DNA of 59,854 nt from a virus. Lineage: Duplodnaviria; Caudoviricetes. The position numbers were made by a program, and so were the translations under genes. The notes beneath the pieces are model-generated. The model was not told the origin of the DNA and ran no database searches. It was given only the letters and a program-made list of their open reading frames with translations. The DNA lies in the IMG/VR virus record IMGVR_UViG_3300038470_000079, positions 1-59,854 of that record; one strand, written 5' to 3'. Shown in pieces: positions 28,082 through 37,855 of the stretch (positions within the stretch are counted from its first letter, which is position 1; every line of letters starts with the position of its first letter).

Positions 28082-31047
28082 TACTCCAGCTCCATCACGT
28101 CTTCGACAAACTGCGCCGTCTGCACGCGCGACGAGCCGACGAACTCGACAAAGAACCGCTCGTACCTGTCGGTCATCGGAAGAGTGAACGGTTCGTCGCT
28201 GGTGACCGCAGTCTCAAACAATTGCACGCCGTTACCGTACACGCGCAACGTGAGATCGTCGTAGTCTTCAGCCTCTACCTGGCAGTAGTTGAAGGTCGCC
28301 GGGTGGGGCAGCAGGTTCAACTTGCTGCGCCACGTGTAGGACAGTGGCAGTGTAGGGTCGCCATCGAACTCGTACACGATCGCACCGCTACCACCGCCGC
28401 CCGTGATCGTCCACGGCGAGGTGGGCGGCGTGAAGTTGGACGTGCTCAGTGGCGAGCCCAGCACCCAATAGGCTTCGTCAATTGCGATAGTCTCATCGTT
28501 GATGCCGTTGATGCCGAAGTTCAGGTACTTGAACTCGGTCTCGTCGCTCAGGTCGACCACCAACGAGTCTTGCAGAACCCCGTTGATGAACAGGCGCGCG
28601 GTCGTGCCGTCATAGCACCCACGCACGTGCACCCACTGGTCGGTGATGAGCGGGCCGCCGTCGAGGAACTGCGGGCCCCCGCTGTTGGTCACTGACATCA
28701 CATAGGTGGTAGGACCGGGCTGCAGTGCTGCACCACCGACATCACCACCCACCGACATGCCCGAATTGCCGGTGGCCACGTCGGAACCGGACCAGCTCCA
28801 GAAATCAAGCGCGAACGATTCGTTGGCCGGCCTGAGGTAGGAATCGGGTACCGGATCGACCTGCGACGCATCACGGTCCCACGAAGTCGCGCCTGGAGCA
28901 TCAGTGCCCAGGCTGTTTGTTCCGAACTTCGGCGCGGGCCCCGCCACCGGCAGGTCCCACAGCGTCTCGCCGCTGTTGTCCGTCCACGTCGCCCCGGTCT
29001 CGTCGGTTCCGGTGCTCACGCCGTCGAGTTCGTCTTCGGTGAAGTGGAAGAGACCCATCTGTGTGATGGATCCGGTACCTTGCGCCAAGTACAGCTTGTC
29101 GGTGAGCGGGTCCGCGTACATCGCGTCGGCATACACGCTCAGCCGAATCAAACCGAACCCGCTCGGCTTCAAGTCGAGCGCGTAGCCACCATCCGAGCCC
29201 GACGAGCCGTCGCCCAGCCAGAAGAAGTAGATGTCATCGTGCACGACTGCGCGGATGCTCTGCGGCACGAGATCCTGCCACTGCCGGCGCGTGAAGATGC
29301 CCTCGGTAACGTTGCGCACTTGACCAGGGCCCTGCACGGCGATGAGGCCGTCAGGGCTCGCGAACAGCACGCCCAGACCTGTGAGAGTGCCGAAACTGCG
29401 TTTGGCCACGGACGCCTGCTGAACTTCCAGCTTGGTCATGCTGTAGGTGGCCGGGTCCGTACCTGTGGCCAGGTACGGATAGGCCTCGGTGCCGATCACC
29501 ACCGTGTTGTCCACGTTCTCGATCCCGACGATGTCGGTGTCGGTGGTGAGACGGAACGACACAGGCCACGCGTGCGGCCGGTTCCGCGCCGACAAGCACA
29601 GCTGGTTCTTGCTGAACCCCACCATGATGCCGTTCGGCAGGGCCAGGATGCCGCGCAAGTCGGCCGGCGGCAGGTCGAACTCGTCCGACTCCAGCAGCTC
29701 GCCCAGCGCTGCATCGGTGAGCACGTCCACGTAGTCCGGCTCGTCGAGGTCGATCTCGGCGACGAAGCGGAAGAACGTGCCCGTGTTGCCCGTCGCCGCG
29801 CGGTAGATGCGCTTGGTCGCGATGCCGTAGTCGGCGCTGATGCCCGAAGGGATCGCGGTCGGCGTGGTCACCGTCACCGACACGCCGTCCGGCCGCCGGA
29901 TGGTCGCGCTCACGGGACTCGGTGCCGATTCCTCACCCAGGTCGTTGACGAAGGTGTAGACGTAGCTCGTGGCCAGATCCACCGGTGTGAAGCCGTTGGA
30001 ACCGCTTGCCTGCACGTGGATGTTGTCGAAGTAGGTGACGAAGAGACCCGCGTCGCTTGCCGAGGCCGCCGTGATCGCGCAGTAGTCACCCAGCGTGAAG
30101 ACCGCGGTACCGGTCACGCTGGCCAGCTCGCCCGAGCCCTGGAACACGCGCACCGTCACGGTTTGCGTGCCGTCGTTGTTCACGACGATGCTCACATCGA
30201 GCGTGTACCAGACGCCGGCCGAGAGCACCACCGCCACCGTATCGACCACTGCGGCGGTGTAGGGACTGAACTCCGAGGCATTGCGCAGCTGCAGCGACCC
30301 GTTCTGGAACCACGCCATCACCCCGGCGCCGTCAGGCGAACACGCGACGATGAACCCCGCTGTGCGTTGCGACGTGTCGCCACCGAAACGGATGTCCGCC
30401 GACGCGTGGACCACCGCGGCGTTGCCGATGCTGAAGTTGCGCACGGCATGCGGCTCCTGGCCGGCGTTGTGCGTCTCGTTGTAGGTCAGTTCGTACGATG
30501 GCGCGGGGTTGCCGACCACAGCATCCTGGCTGACGATCGCGAACGTGCCTCCGACGCCGTTGTTGGTGGCCGAGGTGACCCAGTTCGTCTCCAGCGAGTC
30601 GCCCTCGTCGAGCACATCGATCGAGTAGGTGGTGGGCGTCGTGTCCACGCCGATGACCAATGCCGCTGCGCTGTCCGGTGGCGGCACGCCCAGCGGCCGC
30701 GTCACGACCGGGTAGGGTTGCGAGCCGGTGGTGGCCAGCGCGTAGGTCGTGAAACGCGGCTCGGTGTAGATGTCCGGGCCGGTCAAGTAGGTCCGGAAGG
30801 TCGTGTCACCGGGGATCGTGCCGCGCGCCACGTCCACGTCCGCTTCCCACGACAGCCACGCGTCGTTGAGCAGGTAGATCGTCTGCGGCGCGTTGGCGAG
30901 CGTGGCGTTCTCCAACAGGCCACGCCACGTCTCCAAGTCACCGCTCTGCAGCCTGGCGTTCATCGCCAGCTGCGAAGCATTCGGGGGCAGCGCTCGGGGG
31001 CTTACGCGGGGCGCCTCACCCCGGAAGGAGTCGATCGCGACACGCAT
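28081..31047 (-). CDS. Tail tubular/nozzle protein with lectin-like insertions
   Basis: FRGEAPR..P..LP...SYVYTFV..GEESAPS...RIYR...LPNGIMVGF...HAWP...YTWRSK, plus a LamG-like segment WVHV...YDG...LFINGV...IDE. Confidence 0.75.
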   Translation of the reverse strand: MRVAIDSFRGEAPRVSPRALPPNASQLAMNARLQSGDLETWRGLLENATLANAPQTIYLLNDAWLSWEADVDVARGTIPGDTTFRTYLTGPDIYTEPRFTTYALATTGSQPYPVVTRPLGVPPPDSAAALVIGVDTTPTTYSIDVLDEGDSLETNWVTSATNNGVGGTFAIVSQDAVVGNPAPSYELTYNETHNAGQEPHAVRNFSIGNAAVVHASADIRFGGDTSQRTAGFIVACSPDGAGVMAWFQNGSLQLRNASEFSPYTAAVVDTVAVVLSAGVWYTLDVSIVVNNDGTQTVTVRVFQGSGELASVTGTAVFTLGDYCAITAASASDAGLFVTYFDNIHVQASGSNGFTPVDLATSYVYTFVNDLGEESAPSPVSATIRRPDGVSVTVTTPTAIPSGISADYGIATKRIYRAATGNTGTFFRFVAEIDLDEPDYVDVLTDAALGELLESDEFDLPPADLRGILALPNGIMVGFSKNQLCLSARNRPHAWPVSFRLTTDTDIVGIENVDNTVVIGTEAYPYLATGTDPATYSMTKLEVQQASVAKRSFGTLTGLGVLFASPDGLIAVQGPGQVRNVTEGIFTRRQWQDLVPQSIRAVVHDDIYFFWLGDGSSGSDGGYALDLKPSGFGLIRLSVYADAMYADPLTDKLYLAQGTGSITQMGLFHFTEDELDGVSTGTDETGATWTDNSGETLWDLPVAGPAPKFGTNSLGTDAPGATSWDRDASQVDPVPDSYLRPANESFALDFWSWSGSDVATGNSGMSVGGDVGGAALQPGPTTYVMSVTNSGGPQFLDGGPLITDQWVHVRGCYDGTTARLFINGVLQDSLVVDLSDETEFKYLNFGINGINDETIAIDEAYWVLGSPLSTSNFTPPTSPWTITGGGGSGAIVYEFDGDPTLPLSYTWRSKLNLLPHPATFNYCQVEAEDYDDLTLRVYGNGVQLFETAVTSDEPFTLPMTDRYERFFVEFVGSSRVQTAQFVEDVMELE

Positions 31048-31691
31048 CAGCGCCTTCCATAGCAGACGAACGTGCGCCGCTTCGCGCGGCGGGCGCCGGT
31101 GTTGTAGCCGCGCTGTTCGTCGGCTTTGGCGTTGTTGATGCCGGCCTTGAACTTGCGATCCTCTTTCTCGGCCATCCCGTGGTTGGTCCACTTCTGGCCC
31201 GGCAGGTCCAGCAGATAGGCCAGCGCACCCGACGCAATCACCCGGCCCCACTTCTGGTCAAGGATGTCGGGCACCTCGGTAGCGTCCTCGGTCGGCTGGA
31301 TCTGCGCCGTCACATCGATGCTGTAGGCCGCGTCAGGCGTGTAGTAGAGCACGATCTCGCTCTCAGGCACGTAGGCGTACACGCGCGGCGGGTTCGGGCC
31401 GGCGTTGCGGCTCCACTCCAGTTCGTCCTGCGTGCCCAGCGGCCACTTGTTCCCGTTCGCGTCGGTGGCCCACACCAGGCGCACGCCGATGATCGTGGTC
31501 TGAGCATCGGTGGGCGTGAGCGTGTAGCTCGCATCACCGCTGGTGGTGCTGAAGGTGGCCAGCTCGTCGCGCAGCCAGCGGGTCTGCCCGCAGAAGTCCC
31601 GAGCCGCATCCACGTACGCCTTGACCAGCGTGGGCGTTGGGCAGCCGCGAACAATCTGGGCGATTCGGGGGAGCGCGTCACGCACGTTCAC
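31047..31691 (-). CDS. Head-tail adaptor / tail tubular protein
   Basis: GCP...AARDFC..T..LR...IASGALA.L...PG..W; position after the capsid genes. Confidence 0.7.
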   Translation of the reverse strand: MNVRDALPRIAQIVRGCPTPTLVKAYVDAARDFCGQTRWLRDELATFSTTSGDASYTLTPTDAQTTIIGVRLVWATDANGNKWPLGTQDELEWSRNAGPNPPRVYAYVPESEIVLYYTPDAAYSIDVTAQIQPTEDATEVPDILDQKWGRVIASGALAYLLDLPGQKWTNHGMAEKEDRKFKAGINNAKADEQRGYNTGARRAKRRTFVCYGRR

Positions 31692-32344
31692 GGCTTGTTC
31701 TCCTGCGGCGTGGTCTTCGGCGCGTAGCGCGACTGCGCCTGGGTAGACATGCCCAGGTCCGCGGCCCACTGCTGCTTGTACGACTGCGACTTGACCAGGT
31801 CCTGACGCTTCGAGTTCTTCGCGTAGGCTCGGTGCAGCACGTAGCTGATCAGGGCCGGCTCGAACTTGTCGTGCACCGCGAGTACGTCGTCGATGCCGCC
31901 GATCACGATCTCGTCCGGCAGCGTGCCGAAAAGCACCTCCACCTCGCCGGTGCCGTCGTTCGGCGGGCTCACGGTGAAGCGTGTCGGGTCGCGCATGTCG
32001 ACGTAGAAGTTGTCCACGTCGCGCTGGAAGCTGGTGGTAGGCCAGAAGCGGTTGGTCTCGTCGATCAGCTCGCGGTCGGCGAGCGTGACGACCTGGCCGC
32101 TGTAGGCGTTCTTGCGCACATCGAAGACCTGCACGCCGTCAGCAGGCAGCGCCTGCTCCGTGCCGTGGACCAGTTCCACGTTGCGCGTCGCCGAGTGAAA
32201 GTCCGGTTTCACCGCGGCGCCGGCGCGCATCGCTTCGTTCAGGTAGTCGAGCAGTTCCTGCTGGGTCCACGCGGTCGCGGCAGCATCCAGCAGCGTGCCG
32301 CGCGCTGCGGACATCACCTTGGCTGCCGTGACCGCGACGCCCAT
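31688..32344 (-). CDS. Head-tail adaptor (DUF6682-like)
   Basis: W...ELL.YLNEA...GT.Q.LP...ALI.YVL.RAY.K. Confidence 0.7.
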   Translation of the reverse strand: MGVAVTAAKVMSAARGTLLDAAATAWTQQELLDYLNEAMRAGAAVKPDFHSATRNVELVHGTEQALPADGVQVFDVRKNAYSGQVVTLADRELIDETNRFWPTTSFQRDVDNFYVDMRDPTRFTVSPPNDGTGEVEVLFGTLPDEIVIGGIDDVLAVHDKFEPALISYVLHRAYAKNSKRQDLVKSQSYKQQWAADLGMSTQAQSRYAPKTTPQENKP

Positions 32345-32348
32345 GGCA

Positions 32349-32804
32349 TCAGCTCACGTCTTCGGTCGCTGCGGCCGCCGGCGCCTCCAGACGCTTCACC
32401 GTGTCCATGAACTGCTTGCGCAGCACGTCCAGCGGTTTGGTCCGGTCCAGCACCACGCCGTACTCGTTCGCGGCGAAGGCCAGCAGGTCGTCCTTCGAGC
32501 ACGTGCCCACGTCGAACGGGGGCTCCTGCGTCACGGTGCTGTCGATCACGCGCGTGCGGCCCAGGCCGCGCAGGCTGCTCGCCAGGTACGCCATGCGCTC
32601 GTCCAGTGACGCCTTGGCGTCACCGGTGTAGACCACGTACTTGCCCTTGCCCAGGCGCTGCTTGCGCAGCGTCGCGGTGTTGGGGATCAGGTTCCCGTCG
32701 TCGATGTTGATCAGGAACGGGTGGCGCTTGTCCTGGCCGTACTGGCGCGAGCTCGCGCGGCTGTCGGCCATGGCGTTCTCTTGGGCCTGGGTGATGACGG
32801 TCAT
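32349..32804 (-). CDS. Hypothetical virion-block protein
   Basis: SD GAGGA; C-terminal KDDLLAFA...G..LD.......LR helical motif. Confidence 0.7.
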   Translation of the reverse strand: MTVITQAQENAMADSRASSRQYGQDKRHPFLINIDDGNLIPNTATLRKQRLGKGKYVVYTGDAKASLDERMAYLASSLRGLGRTRVIDSTVTQEPPFDVGTCSKDDLLAFAANEYGVVLDRTKPLDVLRKQFMDTVKRLEAPAAAATEDVS

Positions 32805-32823
32805 TGCTGTCCTCTTGCGGTTG

Positions 32824-32853
32824 GTGGAAAGCCGGCGCCCGAAGGCGCCGACT
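32824..32853 (-). terminator. Hairpin/terminator with cUUCGg tetraloop
   Basis: Minus strand agtcggcgcc-ttcg-ggcgccggct-ttcc. Confidence 0.6.
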
Positions 32854-32862
32854 GCCCAGGGC

Positions 32863-33063
32863 TTACGAGCCGGACGGGCCGCCCGGCGTGTAGGCCCGGT
32901 GCTTCATCTTCCCGCTCTTCTGACCGGTGCTCACGTCGCAGCCCTTGATACCCGAGGGGTACGACTGCTTGCCCTTGCCACCGTTCTTGGAGCGTTCGGA
33001 AGTGATGGTCTCCGGCGGGACCTTGAAGTTGTCGCCGGGGCCGTACGGGTTGCTGGTCTTCAT
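32863..33063 (-). CDS. Small basic Gly/Ser-rich protein
   Basis: SD AGGAG, directly after the capsid gene. Confidence 0.65.
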   Translation of the reverse strand: MKTSNPYGPGDNFKVPPETITSERSKNGGKGKQSYPSGIKGCDVSTGQKSGKMKHRAYTPGGPSGS

Positions 33064-33091
33064 CTCAATCTCCTTGTTGCAGAGGCCGCGC

Positions 33092-33114
33092 CGGAAAGGC
33101 CCGAAGGCCCCTCC
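33092..33114 (-). terminator. Hairpin after the capsid gene with cUUCGg tetraloop
   Basis: Minus strand ggaggggcc-ttcg-ggcctttcc. Confidence 0.5.
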
Positions 33115-33117
33115 AGT

Positions 33118-34047
33118 TTAGCCGCGACGCACGACGGCCGTGCCCAGGTACTTCGGTTCGACCACTTCGAAGCCGAAGACCATGAGGCCCTGGATCAGGT
33201 AGCCGAAGTCGCTCGGGTTGTCGATCATCCGGCACTCGATGATCTGCGACGCGAACGTCAGGCCGGCGCTGTGGCCGAACATGATGTACGTCGCCGGGCC
33301 GGGGCTGGTCTGGCGCAGCAGGTTGCGGCTCTGGTAGAGCATGAACCGGTCGATCATGCCCAGCTTGCCGTTGCGCACGATGGAGACATCGTCGCCGGCC
33401 AGCGAGGCGATCTTCAGGTCGGACTGCTTGATCAGGCCGGACATCCACGGCGGGATGACCATCCAGCGGCCCTCGTCGGGCACGTTCTGCTCGTCCAGCA
33501 CCACGCCGCAGTCGACGATGAAGTCGACCACGGTGGACTTGGTGATGGTCACCGGCGAGGTGGAGTCACCCAGGTTGATGCTGTCGGAGTCCGCACCAGC
33601 GGTGGTGCCGCGGTTGTCCGCGGACACGTCGGCCGGGATGGTCTCCAGCACCTCGGCGTCGGCGGCGATGCGCAGCTGGATCGAACCGTCGTTGGCGAAC
33701 ACGTCGGCCATGTCCAGGTCCGACTGCGCCGCATCGACCGTGTTCAGTGCCACAGCGAACGACTTCGCCTGGTCGATCACCAGCGTGACCGAGGCACTGC
33801 TCGGGTACTGGTTGGTCAGACCGTTGCCGATCACGTAGTCGGACACGGTGACATCCGGAACGGTCCGGATCTTCACCTGCGCGCCGAAGCCCGCGATGTC
33901 GCCTTCGTAGTCGGTGGAGGCGATGTCGCCGAAGACGGTGGCCTTGTAGAACTTCTCCACCATCCGCTGCGAGTAGACCTCGGGGATGAAATTGATGGTA
34001 CTGCCCGGACCGTAGTCGGGCAGACCGGTACCACGTTGAACGCCCAT
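33118..34047 (-). CDS. Major capsid protein
   Basis: FIPEVYS....KFY..TV...I..TDYEG.I...G..V.I...GR...IPPW...G..G.IDRF...GL.VFG. Strongly biased codons; follows the scaffold gene. Confidence 0.9.
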   Translation of the reverse strand: MGVQRGTGLPDYGPGSTINFIPEVYSQRMVEKFYKATVFGDIASTDYEGDIAGFGAQVKIRTVPDVTVSDYVIGNGLTNQYPSSASVTLVIDQAKSFAVALNTVDAAQSDLDMADVFANDGSIQLRIAADAEVLETIPADVSADNRGTTAGADSDSINLGDSTSPVTITKSTVVDFIVDCGVVLDEQNVPDEGRWMVIPPWMSGLIKQSDLKIASLAGDDVSIVRNGKLGMIDRFMLYQSRNLLRQTSPGPATYIMFGHSAGLTFASQIIECRMIDNPSDFGYLIQGLMVFGFEVVEPKYLGTAVVRRG

Positions 34048-34091
34048 GATTGCTCCGTGAAGTTGAGGCGGTTACCGCCCCACCCTGCCGC

Positions 34092-35105
34092 TCAGCGGCG
34101 GGAGGTGGCGGCGAATTTCAACTTCAGGCGCTTGTCGAACTCAGCAGCTTCTTCCTTGGTGACATACCCTCTCTGACCAGGCTTGATGGTGGCCTTGCGT
34201 TTGGTGAAGTCGCGGATCTCCTTCTCGGTCGGGACCGTGAGGGCCCCACCGGGAGGTGTCGGCGGCGTGTCATCGCCACCGGGGGATCCGTCACCGTGCG
34301 GCAGCACCGGCGGGTCGGCCACTGGCGGGGGCGCGGTCTCGTTCTTGAATCGGCCGAACATCTTCGCCACCGCAGCGGCGTTTCCGTTCTTGTGATGCCG
34401 ATCCAGGGTCCGTTGACGTTGCTCGCTGGTGTCCTCGTCGGTCACGGCAAGCCACTCCAGCCACTCCGTTTGCGCGTTGATCACGGCCCAGTCCGGCACC
34501 AGCTCCGTGAGCCGGGTGACGAACCTGGATTCCTGTTCTTCCTGGACGCGCTGCGCTTCGGCGGTGCGCTGGTCCTGCAGGGGTTTGACCTGCTGGTTGA
34601 TCAGCGCCTGCGCTTCCTCGCGCGCGACTTTCAGAACCGGATTCACGATCGTGCGCAGCTGGTCTTCACCGAACTTCTCGATCTGCTCGGCTGTGAACAG
34701 CTTCGTCAGATCCATGGCCGGTGCGGGCTGCTGGGCCTGCAGCAAGCGAACCTGCTCCTGCAGCGTGGTCAGCTCCTGGTGCAGTCGGTCGCGTTCGGCT
34801 GCCCACCGGGCCCTGTCCGCAGCGAGCGTGCCTTCGACCGTCTTGAAGCGGTTCCGCCAATAGATGGGGTCCTGCTCACGTGGGTCGGGCGCATTCGACG
34901 AACCGGCCGGGGCAGCGGGCGCGGGGCCTGCTGGCGGTCCTGGAGGGGTCGGGCTCGCGGCAGCGCCGGCTGGATCGGCCGGGGCGGCGGCGGGGGCCGC
35001 GGAAGCTGGCTTACCGTTGGCGTCGATCCGGGCCTGGATGGCCTGGCCACGACGGATCACGGCGCGCGGCAGCTGCGTTTCGTTCGAGGCTCCTGAAGCC
35101 TGCAT
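34092..35105 (-). CDS. Capsid scaffolding protein
   Basis: Pro/Ala-rich N-terminus, coiled coil, VPDW..IN....W..WL; directly upstream of the capsid gene. Confidence 0.75.
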   Translation of the reverse strand: MQASGASNETQLPRAVIRRGQAIQARIDANGKPASAAPAAAPADPAGAAASPTPPGPPAGPAPAAPAGSSNAPDPREQDPIYWRNRFKTVEGTLAADRARWAAERDRLHQELTTLQEQVRLLQAQQPAPAMDLTKLFTAEQIEKFGEDQLRTIVNPVLKVAREEAQALINQQVKPLQDQRTAEAQRVQEEQESRFVTRLTELVPDWAVINAQTEWLEWLAVTDEDTSEQRQRTLDRHHKNGNAAAVAKMFGRFKNETAPPPVADPPVLPHGDGSPGGDDTPPTPPGGALTVPTEKEIRDFTKRKATIKPGQRGYVTKEEAAEFDKRLKLKFAATSRR

Positions 35106-35139
35106 CTTTCGTCTCCACGGTCCGGCTTTACCCGGGCAC

Positions 35140-35394
35140 CTAGACAGTCAGCGCAGCCTGCCTGACGGGGCGCGGGCTGCTCCTTGCCACGGTGGACTGC
35201 TTGGTGAGCAGATCGATCAGCCTGTCAAGCTGCTGGGCCTTGCCTTGGGCCACGAAGAGGTCCTCTCCCCGTACCTGGCGCAGCATCGCGTTCACCTCAG
35301 CCACCTCGGCATTCAGAATCTGCAACAGCGCGGCACAGTCCGGTGATTTCGAGAATCGCGCCAGGAATGCGACTTGATCGCTGCTCAGACTCAT
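35140..35394 (-). CDS. Small protein between portal and scaffold
   Basis: Helical 84-aa ORF with AQGKAQ.L..L motif. Confidence 0.7.
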   Translation of the reverse strand: MSLSSDQVAFLARFSKSPDCAALLQILNAEVAEVNAMLRQVRGEDLFVAQGKAQQLDRLIDLLTKQSTVARSSPRPVRQAALTV

Positions 35395-35402
35395 CGAGCC
35401 GG

Positions 35403-35435
35403 ATTATGCACAGGTTGTGCACAACTTGTCCACAA
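35403..35435 (-). promoter_or_regulatory. Promoter/operator motif (three 11-bp units, DnaA-box-like)
   Basis: Minus strand TTGTGGACAAG TTGTGCACAAC CTGTGCATAAT, then 8 nt to ATG. Near-identical to 37711-37732. Confidence 0.6.
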
Positions 35436-35437
35436 GG

Positions 35438-37702
35438 CTACGCGGGCTGGGCCTTGGGCTCTTTGCCCGGTGCTGTTTGCGGTTTGAGCGCGCTGCTCAC
35501 TGCGTCACGTACCAGGTCGTGCATGAACTGACGATCCTGCGAAGATGCTTCGCGTGCTGCGATCGCGCCCTCCTTGCCCTGCACCTTGGCATTCTCGATC
35601 TGCAGCTGCTTCTCCAGCATCGCGTCTTGCGACTGCGCGGCTGCGGCCGCCTGCTTCTCGATCTCCTCGTCGCTGGGCACCACCGCGTCCACGTCGAGCT
35701 CCATCGCGCCGGCCACCTCGCGCAGCAGCGCCGCGCGGTACTTGCCGCCGATGATCGCTGCGTCGATCGGGTTGGCCGTCATGCCCAGGAAGTTCGTGCG
35801 GCGGGCCTGCGCCGACTCCTTGATGAGGATCGCCGCGGCGCCACGCGGCACCACGATGTTGTCGCCCTTGATGCTCGGGTCGGGGTTGTAGAGCATCTCG
35901 TTGATGAACTGGTCCTCGACGTTCGGCGCCGTGACGTTCGTGTCCACGTTGCTGATCGAACGACGCAGACCCTTGGCCGCGTTGTTCATCAGCGTGTGCA
36001 GGCCGGAGGCCGTGTCGGCGCTGCCGCCGGCGCGCTCGTTGCCGTAGGTGTAGCGTGGGATGCCCGTCGAATCGTCGGCCTTGATCTCCCACTTCTCGTA
36101 CACCGCCATCAGGTTGGCGCTGTTGTCGTTGGGCTGGAAGAAGCCCACGCCGGGGTTCACACCTTGCGTCGGGTCGCTCTTGAGCTGCCAGATCTTCCAC
36201 GGGAACATCGACAGCGAGTCTTCGCCATCGGCCAGGCGGTCGTTGTGCACCCAGGCCTGCGGGCCGCTGGCGATGCTCAGGTTGTCGGCCTGCGCACTCG
36301 CGGCCGCGTTGCACATCTTCTGCGGCGTGCTCGCGAGGTTGGGAATGCTGCGGCCCCAGAAGGCGCCAGGCACCGCGTCGTAGCAGGCCTTGCGGTACGG
36401 GCGGCGGCCCAGCGGGTTCGGGTTCAGCGCCGCATACAGCACGTAGTGGCCGCAGACCACCACGTTGCACTCGTAGTCGCGCGTCTCCTCCAGGTCTTCC
36501 TTCACCCCCCAGGACATCAACTTCCAGCCCGGCACCGAGCCCCAGTAACTCAGGGCGTCGATGAGCCCCGGCTGGGTGAGCTGCATGTAGGTGGTCTCTT
36601 GCTCCAGGCGCTGGCGCTCGGACTCGGTCCACAGCCAGCCTTCCAGGTGGCCTTCGCTGTAGTCGCGCAGCGCGCCGTCGATCTCGTCGTCCTTGTACCC
36701 GGGCAGGCCCTTCAGGTTGAAGAGCTCGCCGCGGGTGTAGCGCAGGCGCTCGATCACATCGCCGCGCTGCGGCGTGTCGGTACCCGAAGACGGGTAGAAG
36801 TCGAAGGGACTGACGCGCTTCCACGTGGGCACCGCCACCGTCTTCACCTCGGGGGTGAAGGACTTGGTCTTGCCCCACTTCAGGATCGTGCGGCGCTCGT
36901 AGATCGGACCCTTCAGGATCGCGGCCGGGTAGGTGACGAAGTCCTCGATGAACTCGTCCATCGCCTGGAAGTAGCCACCTTGGACCATGCGGTCATCGAT
37001 GACCTTCTCCATGCGCAGCGCACGCTTCGCGGCCGCACGCTCCATCTCCTTCTCGGCTTCGTCGCGCAGCTTCTCGCCGATCTCGGCGACGTTCTGCTTG
37101 AACTCGTCGCTCGGCGTGACGCCGCCACCGGCCTCGGCGGCCTTGAGCATCACCTCCTTGGCCATCGTCATCGCCTTGACGACGATAGTTTTCTTCAATT
37201 CGAACGGCAGATCCGGTAGTGGCGTCGGTTCCAGACCCCACGGCCGCTCGCCCACAGGCAGCAGGATGTCGCGGATCCAGGCGCTGGCCGCGCGGCACTT
37301 CACCTCGGTGAGCGGCGCCCAGACGATGTTGCCGCCGCCTTCCTGCTGCAGCTGCGCCAGCTCGGCCGGGCTGTAGATGCCGCGGCGCGCCCGCAGGTCG
37401 GCCAGCAGCTGCAGGTCGATCCGCTCCTTGATCAGCTTGTTGCGCGCCCACACCAGGCGCACGTGGCCGGCCAGCGACGACTCGGCCTGCGCGTCATCGA
37501 TGGCCGTGGGCTCGGGCTGGGCGAGGCTCTCCTCGCGCTCCAGCACCTCCTGCAGGCCCATGCGCTGCACCAGTGGATTGCCGCCGGCATTGGCCTGCTT
37601 GTCCGTCTGCGGCGTGGTGCCAGCAGGCGGGCCCGGGGGCGCCGGCTTGAAGCGGGAACCACCGGAACGCGGGTCGAAGGAACGCTGCAGCCCTGTTGCC
37701 AT
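35438..37702 (-). CDS. Portal protein
   Basis: 754 aa between terminase and scaffold; RVSPFDFYP, PGAFWGRSIP, DN...SGPQ, GA.TASGL..L motifs. Confidence 0.88.
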   Translation of the reverse strand: MATGLQRSFDPRSGGSRFKPAPPGPPAGTTPQTDKQANAGGNPLVQRMGLQEVLEREESLAQPEPTAIDDAQAESSLAGHVRLVWARNKLIKERIDLQLLADLRARRGIYSPAELAQLQQEGGGNIVWAPLTEVKCRAASAWIRDILLPVGERPWGLEPTPLPDLPFELKKTIVVKAMTMAKEVMLKAAEAGGGVTPSDEFKQNVAEIGEKLRDEAEKEMERAAAKRALRMEKVIDDRMVQGGYFQAMDEFIEDFVTYPAAILKGPIYERRTILKWGKTKSFTPEVKTVAVPTWKRVSPFDFYPSSGTDTPQRGDVIERLRYTRGELFNLKGLPGYKDDEIDGALRDYSEGHLEGWLWTESERQRLEQETTYMQLTQPGLIDALSYWGSVPGWKLMSWGVKEDLEETRDYECNVVVCGHYVLYAALNPNPLGRRPYRKACYDAVPGAFWGRSIPNLASTPQKMCNAAASAQADNLSIASGPQAWVHNDRLADGEDSLSMFPWKIWQLKSDPTQGVNPGVGFFQPNDNSANLMAVYEKWEIKADDSTGIPRYTYGNERAGGSADTASGLHTLMNNAAKGLRRSISNVDTNVTAPNVEDQFINEMLYNPDPSIKGDNIVVPRGAAAILIKESAQARRTNFLGMTANPIDAAIIGGKYRAALLREVAGAMELDVDAVVPSDEEIEKQAAAAAQSQDAMLEKQLQIENAKVQGKEGAIAAREASSQDRQFMHDLVRDAVSSALKPQTAPGKEPKAQPA

Positions 37703-37710
37703 GGGCCTAC

Positions 37711-37749
37711 ATTATCCACAGGTTGTGCACAAGATGGAAATTGTGCACC
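37711..37749 (-). promoter_or_regulatory. Promoter/operator motif upstream of portal containing a perfect DnaA box (TTATCCACA, 37712-37720)
   Basis: Minus strand TTGTGCACAACCTGTGGATAAT, then 8 nt to ATG. Confidence 0.6.
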
Positions 37750-37750
37750 G

Positions 37751-37784
37751 CAAAAACAAGAACCCCGCCTCTTGGGCGGGGTTC
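37751..37784 (-). terminator. Rho-independent terminator after the terminase operon
   Basis: gaaccccgcc-caaga-ggcggggttc followed by ttgtttttg. Confidence 0.8.
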
Positions 37785-37855
37785 AGGGCCGGAGGTAGCG
37801 AGTCCCCGGCAAGCGGGAGGAGAGCAATGACCCCTTGCGAGGTGACCGCAGTCTA

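Noticed and set aside
33065-33120. Programmed frameshift/readthrough extension of the capsid protein
   Set aside because: No slippery heptamer before the TAA; the downstream ORF has its own SD and a hairpin intervenes.
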